A model generated the notes under the pieces. It made no database searches. It was not told the origin of the DNA and saw only the letters and a list, made by a program, of their open reading frames with translations. Below are positions 51,974 through 64,000 of a DNA stretch of 64,000 nt, piece after piece (the first letter of the stretch is position 1; every line of letters starts with the position of its first letter). The DNA lies in NCBI GenBank assembly GCA_051294905.1, contig CM119372.1:34040001-34104000 (forward strand), read 5' to 3'. Position numbers and translations under genes: made by a program. Source of the DNA: Botryllus schlosseri. Its lineage: Eukaryota.

Positions 51974-52612
51974 ATCTTTATTCGTATACATTACATATCA
52001 ACATAACACTACAAAAAATGTAACAGTGAAATGCGACATGCAAGGTAGACGGGAGGCTCGATATGACATAGTCTTCAGAGCCGAGCCACCCAGGACAGGA
52101 GCAATTTTCACAGTCGATAACTAATGAAAATCGATGTTTATGTGAGTAACGTAAACTAGCGATAGTCTACACTACATACGCATTTGGGCTTTGGGCTTTC
52201 CCAAGACGATATAGCTCTTCAAAATAACTTGGCGTATTCGTAGCCATTACTGCGACGAGCTGATGTGGATCAGGTGGGAATGAACTGGTATTAAGTATAT
52301 TTGACTTGTGGTCATCAACGTTTCGGGATGCGTGCTAAGGTAGGCCTACCCAATAAAATGGTTCTACCCGTCAGTCACTCGAGAAGGTTATCGAATATTT
52401 GCACCGAAGGTCTTTGTCCACTAAGCGTCAGTAAATAGTTTTTCGTTTTATGGCGGTAATTTTAATATGAAACTGTCGCTCTTTTCCGAAATGTAGCCTA
52501 CATGGTTATCCCAAATCGAGAAAATCAATGCTTATTGACTGCACAACAAAACGGTATGTGAAACTTGACCTCAAGCTGTCGACAGGGCTGTTGAAATGAA
52601 GGCAATTGTTGA

Positions 52613-53961
52613 CTATTGGCGGGTGCTGTAATGCGCCCAAAAAGTGAAGCCACTTGACACCACTGTTAACCCGGATAGCATGTGCAGCTGGATCGATACG
52701 CATGCAAGATCTGTCAAGATATAAACGATCATTGTACCACAGGCCAAACCAAAAGTTTGCACGACGTAAGCTGAATTGTGATCAATAAAATAGGTACCGG
52801 AAATCATATAGGCCTACACAGTCACTCTACGTAAAGCGTGCGTCGCACCCATCAGGATAGCCAGAACGGTCCGTGGACATATTGTGCGACCTAATTGACG
52901 GTTGCCAAATGGCAGCCACTGAATATCCAGATGCTTCCACCACCAAACTCAGTATCAGTAGAAATGGCATCGGTGTGTAATTTCCGAGTGCGGTTACCGA
53001 TGAACAGACAAGGAATGAAGTATATACGTGACGAACAAAACCTTATCTAAATGATCAACACCGAGCACACACGAGCCATAAGCGCGTGACATGTCCGACC
53101 AAATGAAACCAGCAATGAAGCCTTGCTGCAATAGGGCTGGAATGGTCAGCAAACCTGGCTTTGAAACCACGTGACGAATCAAACGTTAAAATTAATTTTT
53201 ACAATCTACCATCAATTCCGTGAGATACCCCAAATTTCTATTTTCGCTTGACACGGCATACCATTGAACCAATATATACCCAGTACTTGAACTCCGCAAC
53301 ATAAGCACAGGTACATACGTATAGAAATTAACGTCGGTACCAATTGTCTACTAGAATCAGTCGCAAACGCGTAATCAGACGGGCAATCGTTTGCTGCGCG
53401 TTTTGTCAAGTCACGAGTCGAGTCTGAGAAATTGGTGAAGTCATCAGTGATTTCCCTTTTTAAGAACAAGTCAGGCACAAGGCTGAAGATAGCTTGACCC
53501 AGCCCCAGAATGGCGACGAATATTCCGACAGCCGCTTCAGTACCGACTTGTTTGTCACTTGGCTGCGTCGACTGCGATATTGATGAGATTATGACTCCGA
53601 GTGCGGGCATTATTAGGCCCCCGCCGACACCCAGCAGCATGCCTGCGGGCGTTACAGTCCAAAATCGAGGGTAGCCTATAGCAACGCTAGAGTAAATAAC
53701 AACGAAGGAACTTGGCCTAAATGTAAGCACGCTTTCTTCCCCAAAATACTAATAATTGGTACGTAAATCAGCAGTGTCACAATGCAGAGAGCTTCGTAAA
53801 CCACTACACTAATCGATCCCAGTTCCCAGTGCGCCCTTCACTCCAATGCTTCACTGTAAGGCAGTAAGATTGTACTGCAGGCCAGCAACCATTGCAAAGC
53901 CAATTGAAACTTCATAAATGCGTAGTTTAGCGGACATTGCTCTTCGCCCCAAATCCACCAT
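52613..53961 (-). pseudogene. UNC-93-like pseudogene, copy 2
   Basis: Same fragments and the same lesions at offset 21719. Confidence 0.85.
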
Positions 53962-54599
53962 TGTAAATCATATAAGCTGTTGTGTGCATATTAGATATGC
54001 AACACTCCGTTAAAATTCAATTGTGTGATCGATTATGAGCTGGTCTGATCGTATCAAACAATCTCGATTGTCGTCATCCAATCGTGACTATGCAAGTGTA
54101 TAGGTAGGGCTGTTGAAAACAAAAAAAAATTCTTCCAAATCTTTCTTGCTACCTGATTAAATTGTCAGGTTACCAAAAAAAAAACGATGCACACCAAATT
54201 TGACTCAATTCCAACCAGCAGATGCCGAGTTCTTACAAATTGAAATTTTGGCCATTTTTTAAATAACAGTATTTACGGTGGCAAATTTCGTCACTCCAAC
54301 ATGACGAAAAATCGTGTTCAAGGCATGCCCGAAGGCGCAGGGATGCTTTTTCTACCCGTTTACATCTTGACAAGGGCCTATGGTAGAGTTTGGATTTTAA
54401 CATCGTCAGTTAACGAAAAAAAAGATATGAGACGGATTAGCTGGAAATAAGTCGACTTCATTGAAATAGCTACGTGCAAATGATGGTGATATAATTTGCA
54501 AATAAAATCCCTTTCACATTAAAATTAACGACCACGGAAACGAAATAAACTGACAAGCAGGTAAATACACGGTCAAATATATTTCTCAATTGATAGTTA

Positions 54600-57500
54600 C
54601 GATTAGTAATCGTAATCGATTACGACGATTACAGCATTTTCAAGTAATCGTAATCGCAATCGATTACATTTGAAAAAATACCGAAGTAATCGTAGTCGTA
54701 ATCGACTACTTCACATATCTAATCGATTTATTTGTTCATGAACGATTACTTTATATGAGTGCCTTTATTTTGTACATGCAAGCTAATGAAAAGCTAATGA
54801 AGCTAATTAAGCTAATGAAAAGCTAATGAAGCTAATGGAAAGCACAATGACTATGACATAAACTGAACATTAGTGAACAAGGAGATATATGTGGCGCCAA
54901 AATGCCTATTCCTGTAACTTAGCCATGCTTTTATTCTTGAGGGAGTGACGTTTGAATTTGAAAATCAAGCAATTAAGAGACATTAAATTGCGACGCTCGA
55001 AGAACATTTTCAAGTTGATTAAATTTCTCGAAAATCTCTCACTCCCCACCGGGGTTGCAACCAAGTTACAATGTTCCGAGTCACCAGTCAGTCTCACTTT
55101 TTTAGTTTTGACTTGAGTCAAGTCGAGTCATTTTCTATATGTTCACTGTTCAGTTTTCAGTTCAATTCGGTTCAACCCACTTTTTTAACTCTGCTGGAGT
55201 GATATAGAAGACTCGCATTCATAATATAGTAATTTTCCTCAGCCTTAACACTTTGTGACTATATTTTCCGAGTATCAGAACTGATAGACGAAAAATCAAT
55301 ATTGTGTTACCAGAACTATTCTTCGAAGTTGCAATGAAATGTCTGTCTTGAGTGCCCGAGTCTCGAGTAGCATGACTTGGTTCGAGTCATGGACAATGAC
55401 TCGAGTACAAGTCGTGTCAATGCAAAAATTGACTCGAGTCGAATCGTTTTACGCCTTTGAAAAAATGACTCGAGTAGAGTCGCGAGTAACCAAAATCGCG
55501 ACTCCAGTCACTACAACCATGCTCCCCACCCGATTGGGGAGTTTGGGGTACGGTAGTTACGGACCTGGCAAGAAAGCGAATGGGTGGATGCGATAAATCG
55601 TCCCCTATAAAGTTGGACATTCGTTATATTATGACGTATTATGATGTATTATCTATAAATAAAGTTATCTCATTACGACTTTTCATCGCAATCATTATAT
55701 TGTCTACCAATATCTTCTAAGATTAGTTCTAAGAAGCAAGATAAATGTAATCGTGAGTAATCGTGATTACTTTTCCAATGTAATCGTAATCGTAATCGTA
55801 ATCGCGTGACACTGAAGTAATCGTAATCGCAATCGATTACATTCATAAAGTAATCACCCCATGTCTGATCCATAGCCCATCTTAGTACCAGCCGGCTGCA
55901 GTGTCGTTGTTTTACTCCAGTTGCCATTAGGAAGAAGTCGGTGTCATCGTAACCCGATTTCGAGAAGGCAATAAGTCTACTAAGTTCAGAGTTTTATGGA
56001 AAATTATACCCAAAACACAGTTATTCACAGAAGCGAAAACGCCAATGCGAAGCCGCTATATGCAGTTTATATGTAAAAATATATTGATTTATACAACCAT
56101 ATAATCCAAATATCTGTGGTTGCACTGCGGTGACACTTTCGGCTTAAAAGGTGCCACTGCCCAGCCTCCAGTCAAATCCGAATCGAGATTTAAGATTTAT
56201 TATGAACCAAATTCCAACGTCTGCGTTTACTGTTCAATCTCTTGTATTCCTCACCCATCTTGCGCAGGGCTGACTCCAGATTACGACTAAAGGAGACGAA
56301 GCATAGATATATGCCAACTTATATCATCGTTAGCGCCAGTGTTTTGGCGGTTTATATCCGTATTCAACCGGCCAATCATGGTATTTTTGCCAATTTCATG
56401 GTCCGCGAATAAAATGTTGCTGCTTGTTAGAATAAAACCCCTATGATCCGTGGTACAACGTAAAATACTATTATGTCTATATACTTGATAACAAAGTGAA
56501 AAAATAGAGAATCAGGTAACATTTTCGAATTAGTTGACTGGTGCGGCCCGCGAGTGATTTGAAGGCTCGTATCTGGCCCGCGACGCAATTTGAATTTGAC
56601 ACCCCTGGTTTAAAGGATTGATAGATGTTAACCGGTACTGACGAAATTGCATTTAATCGCGACATTTCGATTCATCTGGTGTGATGCACATATTTGAAGC
56701 AATATTTCGTTGTCATAACAATCATTTGGAAATAAAAATTCATGAGAACGAATGGTATAGCAATACGAATCACCGGTTTGACCCGAGTACATCGCTACAC
56801 CTACTCGCACCTTGGCGAGTTGACCTTAATTGAGCCATGTTAACCAATGATCCGAAAGATGTAAATTTGTGAGTGTCATCTAGGGCATGACGTACTCTAA
56901 GTAGGTCTATATATACAAGAGCAAATAAGTATAAAAGTTATTCACTTTGGTGGACAAAACAATCAGTGTGCAAACAATTTGGTATCACAATCGCTACAAG
57001 GCCAGGAAATATGCGAGTCAAACTGATGGTGTTCATCACCATTGCCACCCTTTTGACCAACGGGACATGTTCGTCCGATACTGAAGAAAGTAACAGATAT
57101 CGTTCTGACGGTTTGTAAATGATAAGTTCGACATCAACTGAAAACGACAAATTGCAAGTAATTCCAGGTGCACATGGTGGTGAAATTACCCCTGTGAAGT
57201 GGTCTGCTGCGGCAAAGAATAAACTGCAATCGGAAATATCTTACCGTCATGAAGACCGCATGGCTGGCAGAGAGACACGGTAAGCAAATATAGGCCCTAC
57301 CCGAAGCGACATTTCTGCGCAACTCATTTGCAGAATATTTTCGCATAACGTAACTCGAAGGTCTCGAGATCTTATTCAACAGTTATTCTCCCATTATTTA
57401 GTCAGTCGGATACTTAATTTCCTTTTTTCCCTTCATTTTAAGAGCATGGCCTTCTTTAAAAGCAGGAACATCCCCCCTTCATAAAATGTACCGAGTTTTC

Positions 57501-60500
57501 ATTCTCCGGAGAAATACATCTCCAATTATCGGCGATCCCATTGTGGTTAAAATTGAATAGTAGATTCATATTGAAATACACCCGCATATTTCGACTGACA
57601 CTCGTCAGGGATACTCGTCAGCAAATAATAGAGAATTGGAAATAACATTGTATAACAGCAATCGCATAACCAAATCTGACGTCACCAGCATAAAAAGAAT
57701 AATTGAGGCGAAGAGATCGCTTAACGACAATGTAATATTTACATGGTAGCGTACTCGAACTTCTTCTATTGGCACAAACTAGGTTGGTATATTTTGATAC
57801 AAATGGGTAAAATTAGCTCCACAGATGATACTCTGAAATTATGCGGAAAATGTAATTCGATTTATGCCACACCCTCATTTTGTCATCACAACTAGAATGG
57901 TTATGAAGTTCCTATATTTATTTTCTTCTACTTGCAGCTATCATCCCGATGTACCCGGATGGCCTTAGTTAACCTATGACGAAGCGACAAAGGATTAAAA
58001 AAATAGCGATTGTTCCAAGTCCAACGATAATATTTGATGTAATTTTGATGCTACACATGGAACAAAGTATATTGTCGCAAATTTGACTGGCTATTTCGGT
58101 TATCCGGGGCGTCGCAGGTTAATTGCGGGAATAAGGTGACTCTCACGTCCTTCGTGTCCAGAGATTCAATGATGGTTTACCTATAGCATAGTGACGTGCG
58201 TTCGAAGGACGTCTCACCTGTTGTCATGACCGCAAAAGAAAATTGTGAAAACTTTCAATGAGGGATTGGTATTATTCTACCGATGTTAATGAATGACTAA
58301 TCCTGAACATGTTTACACGCAAGATGATGCGATTTACATATTTATTGTTCACAAATACTGAGAGAAGAGAGACGTGGTGCACAGACGAAACAAGCCTAAT
58401 CTGTGTTTGCGCAAATACTCGTCAAGAGCGCTGAATTTATAATTCATTGTTTTAATCAAATGCCATTATTACACTGATTTCGAAGATCAAGTAATATTAA
58501 TTACCAATCGCCAAAACAGCAGGACCCCCTTGTAATTTCCATGAAGTTTGGAATTTTTTTTTCTTGCGTTCAATGACTACGCAGTGACTCAATAAAACTT
58601 GAGATAGAAATTTATACACCTTGCCAATTGTTCGTTATCAATCCAACAAGCGCAGAACATTGAAACAATGCGCTATCGGTTATCGACAGAGATAGTCAAA
58701 GCAGTCAAGAATTCAGTGCATGTATTCAAACATTCTCAAGGAATTTCGAAAGGTAATCATAAATACTATCTCATGGGCTGTCACAGGCCGCAAATTGACC
58801 TATGAGAACTGTGCAGAGAACTGGATTCGTGTTGCTACATCCTAAGATGTCTAAATCTTCAATGGCATAAAAATTCGACACCATCATCTGAAGTAAGTTT
58901 TGTTATATATAACAACGGCTCTTAACCTTTTTTTTAGCTCATCTCCCTTTCCAGAAATGTAATATTAAGGTTCCGTCCACCGTAATACAATCCCCGTGAC
59001 GATGAAGCTGAAATGGGGCATATCGTAAAGATGTAGGCCTATTTACGACAGGGGTGTCAAACAAACGGCCCGCGGGCCGCCAGACGATTTCATCCGGCCC
59101 ACGAAGCAATTCTGATTAGATTGAAAACTGCTTATGTTTTCCAGCACATTTTTAACTAATGTTGAGATCTTATTTAAGGAAATACTTCCATTTAAATAAT
59201 CTCAAAAGGCAGCGAATGCCGACAATGGTAATTGTTCAAGGTTACATTTTAACCACCCCGACTGCAGGTTTGTGGTTTCACTCTAGACTTACCACTTGGA
59301 ACAATTCGGTGACTTTGATACTCGATTTCGAGAAGGCAAAAACGAGCAGACTGACATCAGACTTTTATGGAAAAACGGACCGAAATGCAGTTATTCGCAG
59401 AAGCGAAATCGCCAATGCGGAATCGTTTTTTTGCAGTTTACATGGATAATATATTACTTATATACAAAAATACATTTTAGATATCCGTGTCGTTACTGCT
59501 ATGTTACTTCTGACTCAAAATGTTCCCTGACTCCAGATAAACCAGAATCGCGATTTAGAAAAATGAAACAAATTCGAACGTCCGCGTTTGCGGTTAAATC
59601 TCTTGTGGTCCTCACAATGCATGGGCAGGGCTAACACCTGAAAGAATAGGGAGCATAGAAATATACCATCTTATATTGTAATTAGCGCCACTATTTTAGC
59701 CATTCATAACTGTATTCAGCCGGCTAGTCATCGGATTTTGGTCAATTTCATAATTCGCGAATATAGGTGTTGCTACTTGCTACAGTAAAAATAACCTGTG
59801 ATCCATGACATAGTAAAAAAAAAACTGTGATTCATGACACAATGTGATATAGGCTACTATTATCTTTATCAAATATTGAAGTATTCGAGTGAAAAGCAAT
59901 GACATGAGGTAACAATTTTTGAATCAGTTGATTGGTCCGGCCGGCAAGCGATTTGAAGGTTTGAATCCGGCCCGCGACGCAATTTGAGTTTGCCACACCT
60001 GATTTACGATATATAAATATATGAAAATTTATCCTTAGAAATAGGAGCATTCAAACAGCAAATTTCAGTTGATAATATGACAGCAAAAATTATCTAAAAT
60101 CCCATTCAAGTGCTGTAGGAGTAGGCTACATCAAATTATAGCAATGACGATAATGACTTCTTAAAACATTGCAAAAAATTGATATGCATCCGGTACAGCA
60201 CATCAAACCTTCTCTATTCATTAGATCAACAAACAGAACTTAAATTTTATTGACCTCAAAAAAGTGATGGTTAAAACTACGAAGCAAAATGTCGATTGTA
60301 GATGCAAGGGATCAAATGGGTTTGGTGATAGAAACTTTTAAGTAATAATAGGGCTAATACCAGCAAGCATATATTGCCTTCGATAAAACTGATTCCTAAT
60401 CTTCAGTACTTCTGGAGTCATTATGTGCGTGCAACTATAATATGTCCATTCCATACCCATTTCCTCGGCACATTGTACAAATGGCGTCATTTCTGGCAGA

Positions 60501-63500
60501 TAGTGGGTGCGGCGGGATATTTGCAGGGCATGCTGTCAGTCAGGATTTCACACATTCAGTTTGTAAGATCAATCCATCTCAGCTTACTTAATGCCTACAT
60601 CACACTGTTAATTTAAGATCCATAATCGCTCTTGATCCTGCTCTGATATCATTGTGAAGCACGCCATTTAAAGCTTTGTGATACAGCTCAACTTATTTGC
60701 GATGAATGCTGCAAAATGTTCGCATGATAGAAAGGATATAAAGGGACGCAAACGCCCAGTGAACTTCTTTACATTATGTACTGCAGCAGACTAAGCTGAC
60801 CAAGCCTATGATTAATCGATGAAATTGCACTGAGAAACTATATAACCTCGGAAATAAAATCATCGTCATGGAGTTAGGTCAGCTTCTGCAAATAACTGAA
60901 CATGGCTCGTGTACCGATCAATGTTCCCTCTAAGCTGCGCACGTTCGCAATTTCGGACTGCCGACACGGTCTCTGCGCACATAAAATTTAAGCTGCGCAC
61001 AAAAATTCCGAAATGATGACCTTTTTCTAGTCGTTATGCACTGTTTTCTAAGGGACCGCGCAGTGAGTTGGTGAGTGCGCGCAGACTCGTGAAAAATTAG
61101 AGGGAACATCGGTACCGATGCAGATTCTATTAGAGGGCGCACTGGGTATATTTTCCCTCACTTGTCTTGAGATTCGCAGGCCTGTGTTGTGTTTAGCTTT
61201 ACATAACGAGTCCAATTTCCGTTTTGTAGTCGGATAAGTGGTTCATAAAGTGGTCGCCAGCGTCCGGCTGGGTGACGTTTACGACCTCGAATGGGGTTGA
61301 TAGCTACAATTTGGGCGGTCGGGGGCGCTGAGAGTAAACGTAGGCTGTTTGACCTATGAGTAACTGTTTGGGTGAGTCCTTGAATTAGAGCTCTCTCTGT
61401 GCGCCAATGTAAGATTTATGAATTTATGATCACGTCGTTCACGGTCGTACAAGGTGGATTCAATCGAAAATCGTCACGCACGCTCTCCGCATATGTTCAT
61501 TGTGAAGGAGGATTGAGTGTTCTAACTGACCAAACAATCAATCAAACAACGAATAGACTAATTATTCAGTGACACTTATTGTACGATTGTTTTCACTGAC
61601 TGTGTCTGTCCGGAAATTCGTACAAAAAGGGACAGATCAACGCGAAAAATCTATGCGACAATGCAGTGACTGTGCAATGAGCCAAATACCTTTTTTTGGG
61701 GGGGGGGGGAGCAGGAAGGGGCTAGGGACTGTTCGAGACCTGGTTTGCTGTGGAGGTGGTCGATGTGCAGAAAAAGTTTGGCAAACACTGCTCTAGTATA
61801 ACGGGCTGATTACCAACGTCCAAAACAGGCAGGCAGGTTTTCCCAAGCATATAATTGCAATAATATTGCACGTGCCTAGCCCAAGGAACTGAACGAGATC
61901 ATTCCGACGGTGTCTAGATGCGCATAACTTGCTGGCGGCTGGAATAAAACGACTCTTATATTTCTAGTCTAGGAGCAATGGTTCCCAACCGCCTGTCCGT
62001 GGCAGCTTCCTGCCGGTCCGCCAAATGAACAATAATATTATATACCAGTTCCAAAACGCGAGAAGTTGTGCATTATTAAAGAAGTACGACTTCAAATTTT
62101 AAATTGATTCAGGGTATTTCTGCATAGTGTCGTAATAGGGAGCTCATTGTCTACTTTGGTCGTACGTCACAATCAGGACCATAACCGCCGCACCCCAAAC
62201 CCCCCAACAAATATCGCCTACATGTAGCGCGGAAAACGTATGTCACGGCGGGGGTAGGGGGTGTGGAGGGCCTAAGACCAACATTTTGGGGGGGGGGGGC
62301 TGACGAAGTGCTGTTTCAGCGCTGGTCATAATGATACAAGTGTTGTGCGAAACTGTTTGAAAGTAGCCTACTACTTCGAACAAGTTACGGAGATTTTTTA
62401 ACAAACTTCGTTAATTTCCGACAACGCAATCAAGCGACACTTCGCAGTATAATAAAATCTATAGGAGGGGTGGACAGACCTGCTTCATGTGCGAACCTCA
62501 TAAAAAAATCTTAATTTTAAGAAAGCCACAACCACAACAAAAAAAATTCAAAAATACGAATTCATTTCGTCATACAGAAATGTGGGGTATCGAATGAAGT
62601 TTACTATAGTGTGATGATATGGTGCGTCTCCATCTGGGCTGCAAGGTGTTTGAAATCAGGCTGATATGATGTTGAATCAGTGCGGAGCAATTCCTTCAAG
62701 TTATAATAAGCATTTAAGGTAGATTTCAGCTCGGTAATCACAGTACTTCGTAAATCCGTCTTCGTTTCAAGTTACTAGTTTTGTAATTCTTAGGCGGATT
62801 TTGATAGATAAGACACATTGGCTTATACCTTCATTATCACTGAATGCAAACTCTTCCTCTCATTCTGTTTTGCAAGGTTTATATTCCTGTTCATACTTTC
62901 TTTTATTTTTGCAATTATCGCTCAACGACATTTTCTTGGTCAAACTCTGCAGTTATTGCTACCCTTTACAATGAAAATAGAAGATCCGTATTCACCATCT
63001 TTAGCCCAGAAATGATGTGAACTGCGCTGCCGTGGTTAACCGTTGAACCATAGTGTCCTATATGGTATCGACACAAGCAAATCGCACGGTTCAATGAAAT
63101 TGTATCACGTCACAGTTTCCATTTGGCTACAGGCAATTTGACGGTGATTTTTGCCCGACTTGCCGAGCATTAAATTTGATGAAGCGGGTATCAATCGAAA
63201 GCTGACGCTGTACTGCTTGCGAAAATATAAATTTCATTCCACTCATGGCCCTGGAACCCCCACAATCTGCCCCAAATTATTCATTGTCTAGTAGATTGGC
63301 AGTGTGACGCAACAATGATGTCTGGCGAAACGAGAGACTAGCTCAAGAGCAAGGATGCGGCCGAGCGGCGAGAGTGGGATCAGCTGACGTCGCGGCAATA
63401 GCAATGTGCAACCGCGCCACAGAGAAACGCTGCGCTGTTGATACTTTTTCTATGCGTTCCGGTACAAGCGAGCACACACCAGCCTTTCCTTGACTTGTAA

Positions 63501-64000
63501 AGGTAGAACTGGGTCCACGGAATGTATTAGGGCCCTACCAATTTTCGCGCAATATCCTTCAGCTGATAGAGATATGTAGTCTACATTGGATATGTCAGAT
63601 TATTATGATATCGATTGCCTTAGCCCGCTTGTTGCGTAAGGCTCCAGAGCAGACTTGGACAACTAGATAATTCTAGTTGTCTAATTTCACTAAATTAGAG
63701 CGAAATGCCAGTAATCTAATTCTAATCTAATTTGTGAAATGTTTCCATGCTCTAATTCTAATTCTAATCTAATTTGTGAAATGTTCTTCTGCTCTAATTC
63801 TAATTCTAATCTAATTTGTGAAATGTCCCTATTCTCTAATTCTAGTTCTAATCTAATTATTGTTTTAATGAAAATGCCTCTTTGTCCGAGGCATATTGCA
63901 CTATTGCGCAGGGAAATCCAGTGCCAAGCCGCCATCGCCTTACTTACACCGTGCAGTCATAGTAGATATTATGACGAATAATAGCCTGCTAGAGTAGCTT
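54600..64000 (+). repeat. Large tandem duplication, unit 3 (partial, runs off the window)
   Basis: Colinear with 11659-20960 at an offset of about 43025-43037. Confidence 0.97.
57011..57968 (+). CDS. Secreted-peptide gene A, copy 3
   Basis: Same ATG, splice sites and stop as copy 1 at offset 43025. Confidence 0.5.

Larger units (their letters stand above)
32881..54599 (+). repeat. Large tandem duplication, unit 2 (21,719 bp)
   Basis: Identical junction TTGATAGTTA|CGATTAGTAATCG at 32880/32881 and 54599/54600. Confidence 0.97.

Overview
Eukaryotic, AT-rich, repeat-dense DNA with GT-AG introns and many DNA-transposon MITEs. There are no operons, rRNA, tRNA or CRISPR. An invertebrate animal is likely, but this is inference only. 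1-3224 looks like the decayed right end of a large element, possibly a Maverick/Polinton. 4000-13600 is a stack of nested hAT-type MITEs with readable 8-bp target-site duplications (TSDs). From 11659 to the window end the DNA is a head-to-tail tandem array of a ~21.2-21.7 kb unit (about 2.4 near-identical copies), whose left breakpoint lies 17 bp inside a MITE end. Each unit carries: two predicted spliced genes for small signal-peptide proteins that both start MRVxLM and are poorly shown by the ORF track; a full-length intronless UNC-93-like MFS pseudogene, two of whose lesions are TA-GGC(C)-TA insertions resembling transposon excision footprints; a Galileo-like foldback element nested in a deleted SPIN/GTF2IRD2-type hAT transposon; and an RNase H-bearing LINE fragment. 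All family assignments come from motif recognition by eye, not database searches.
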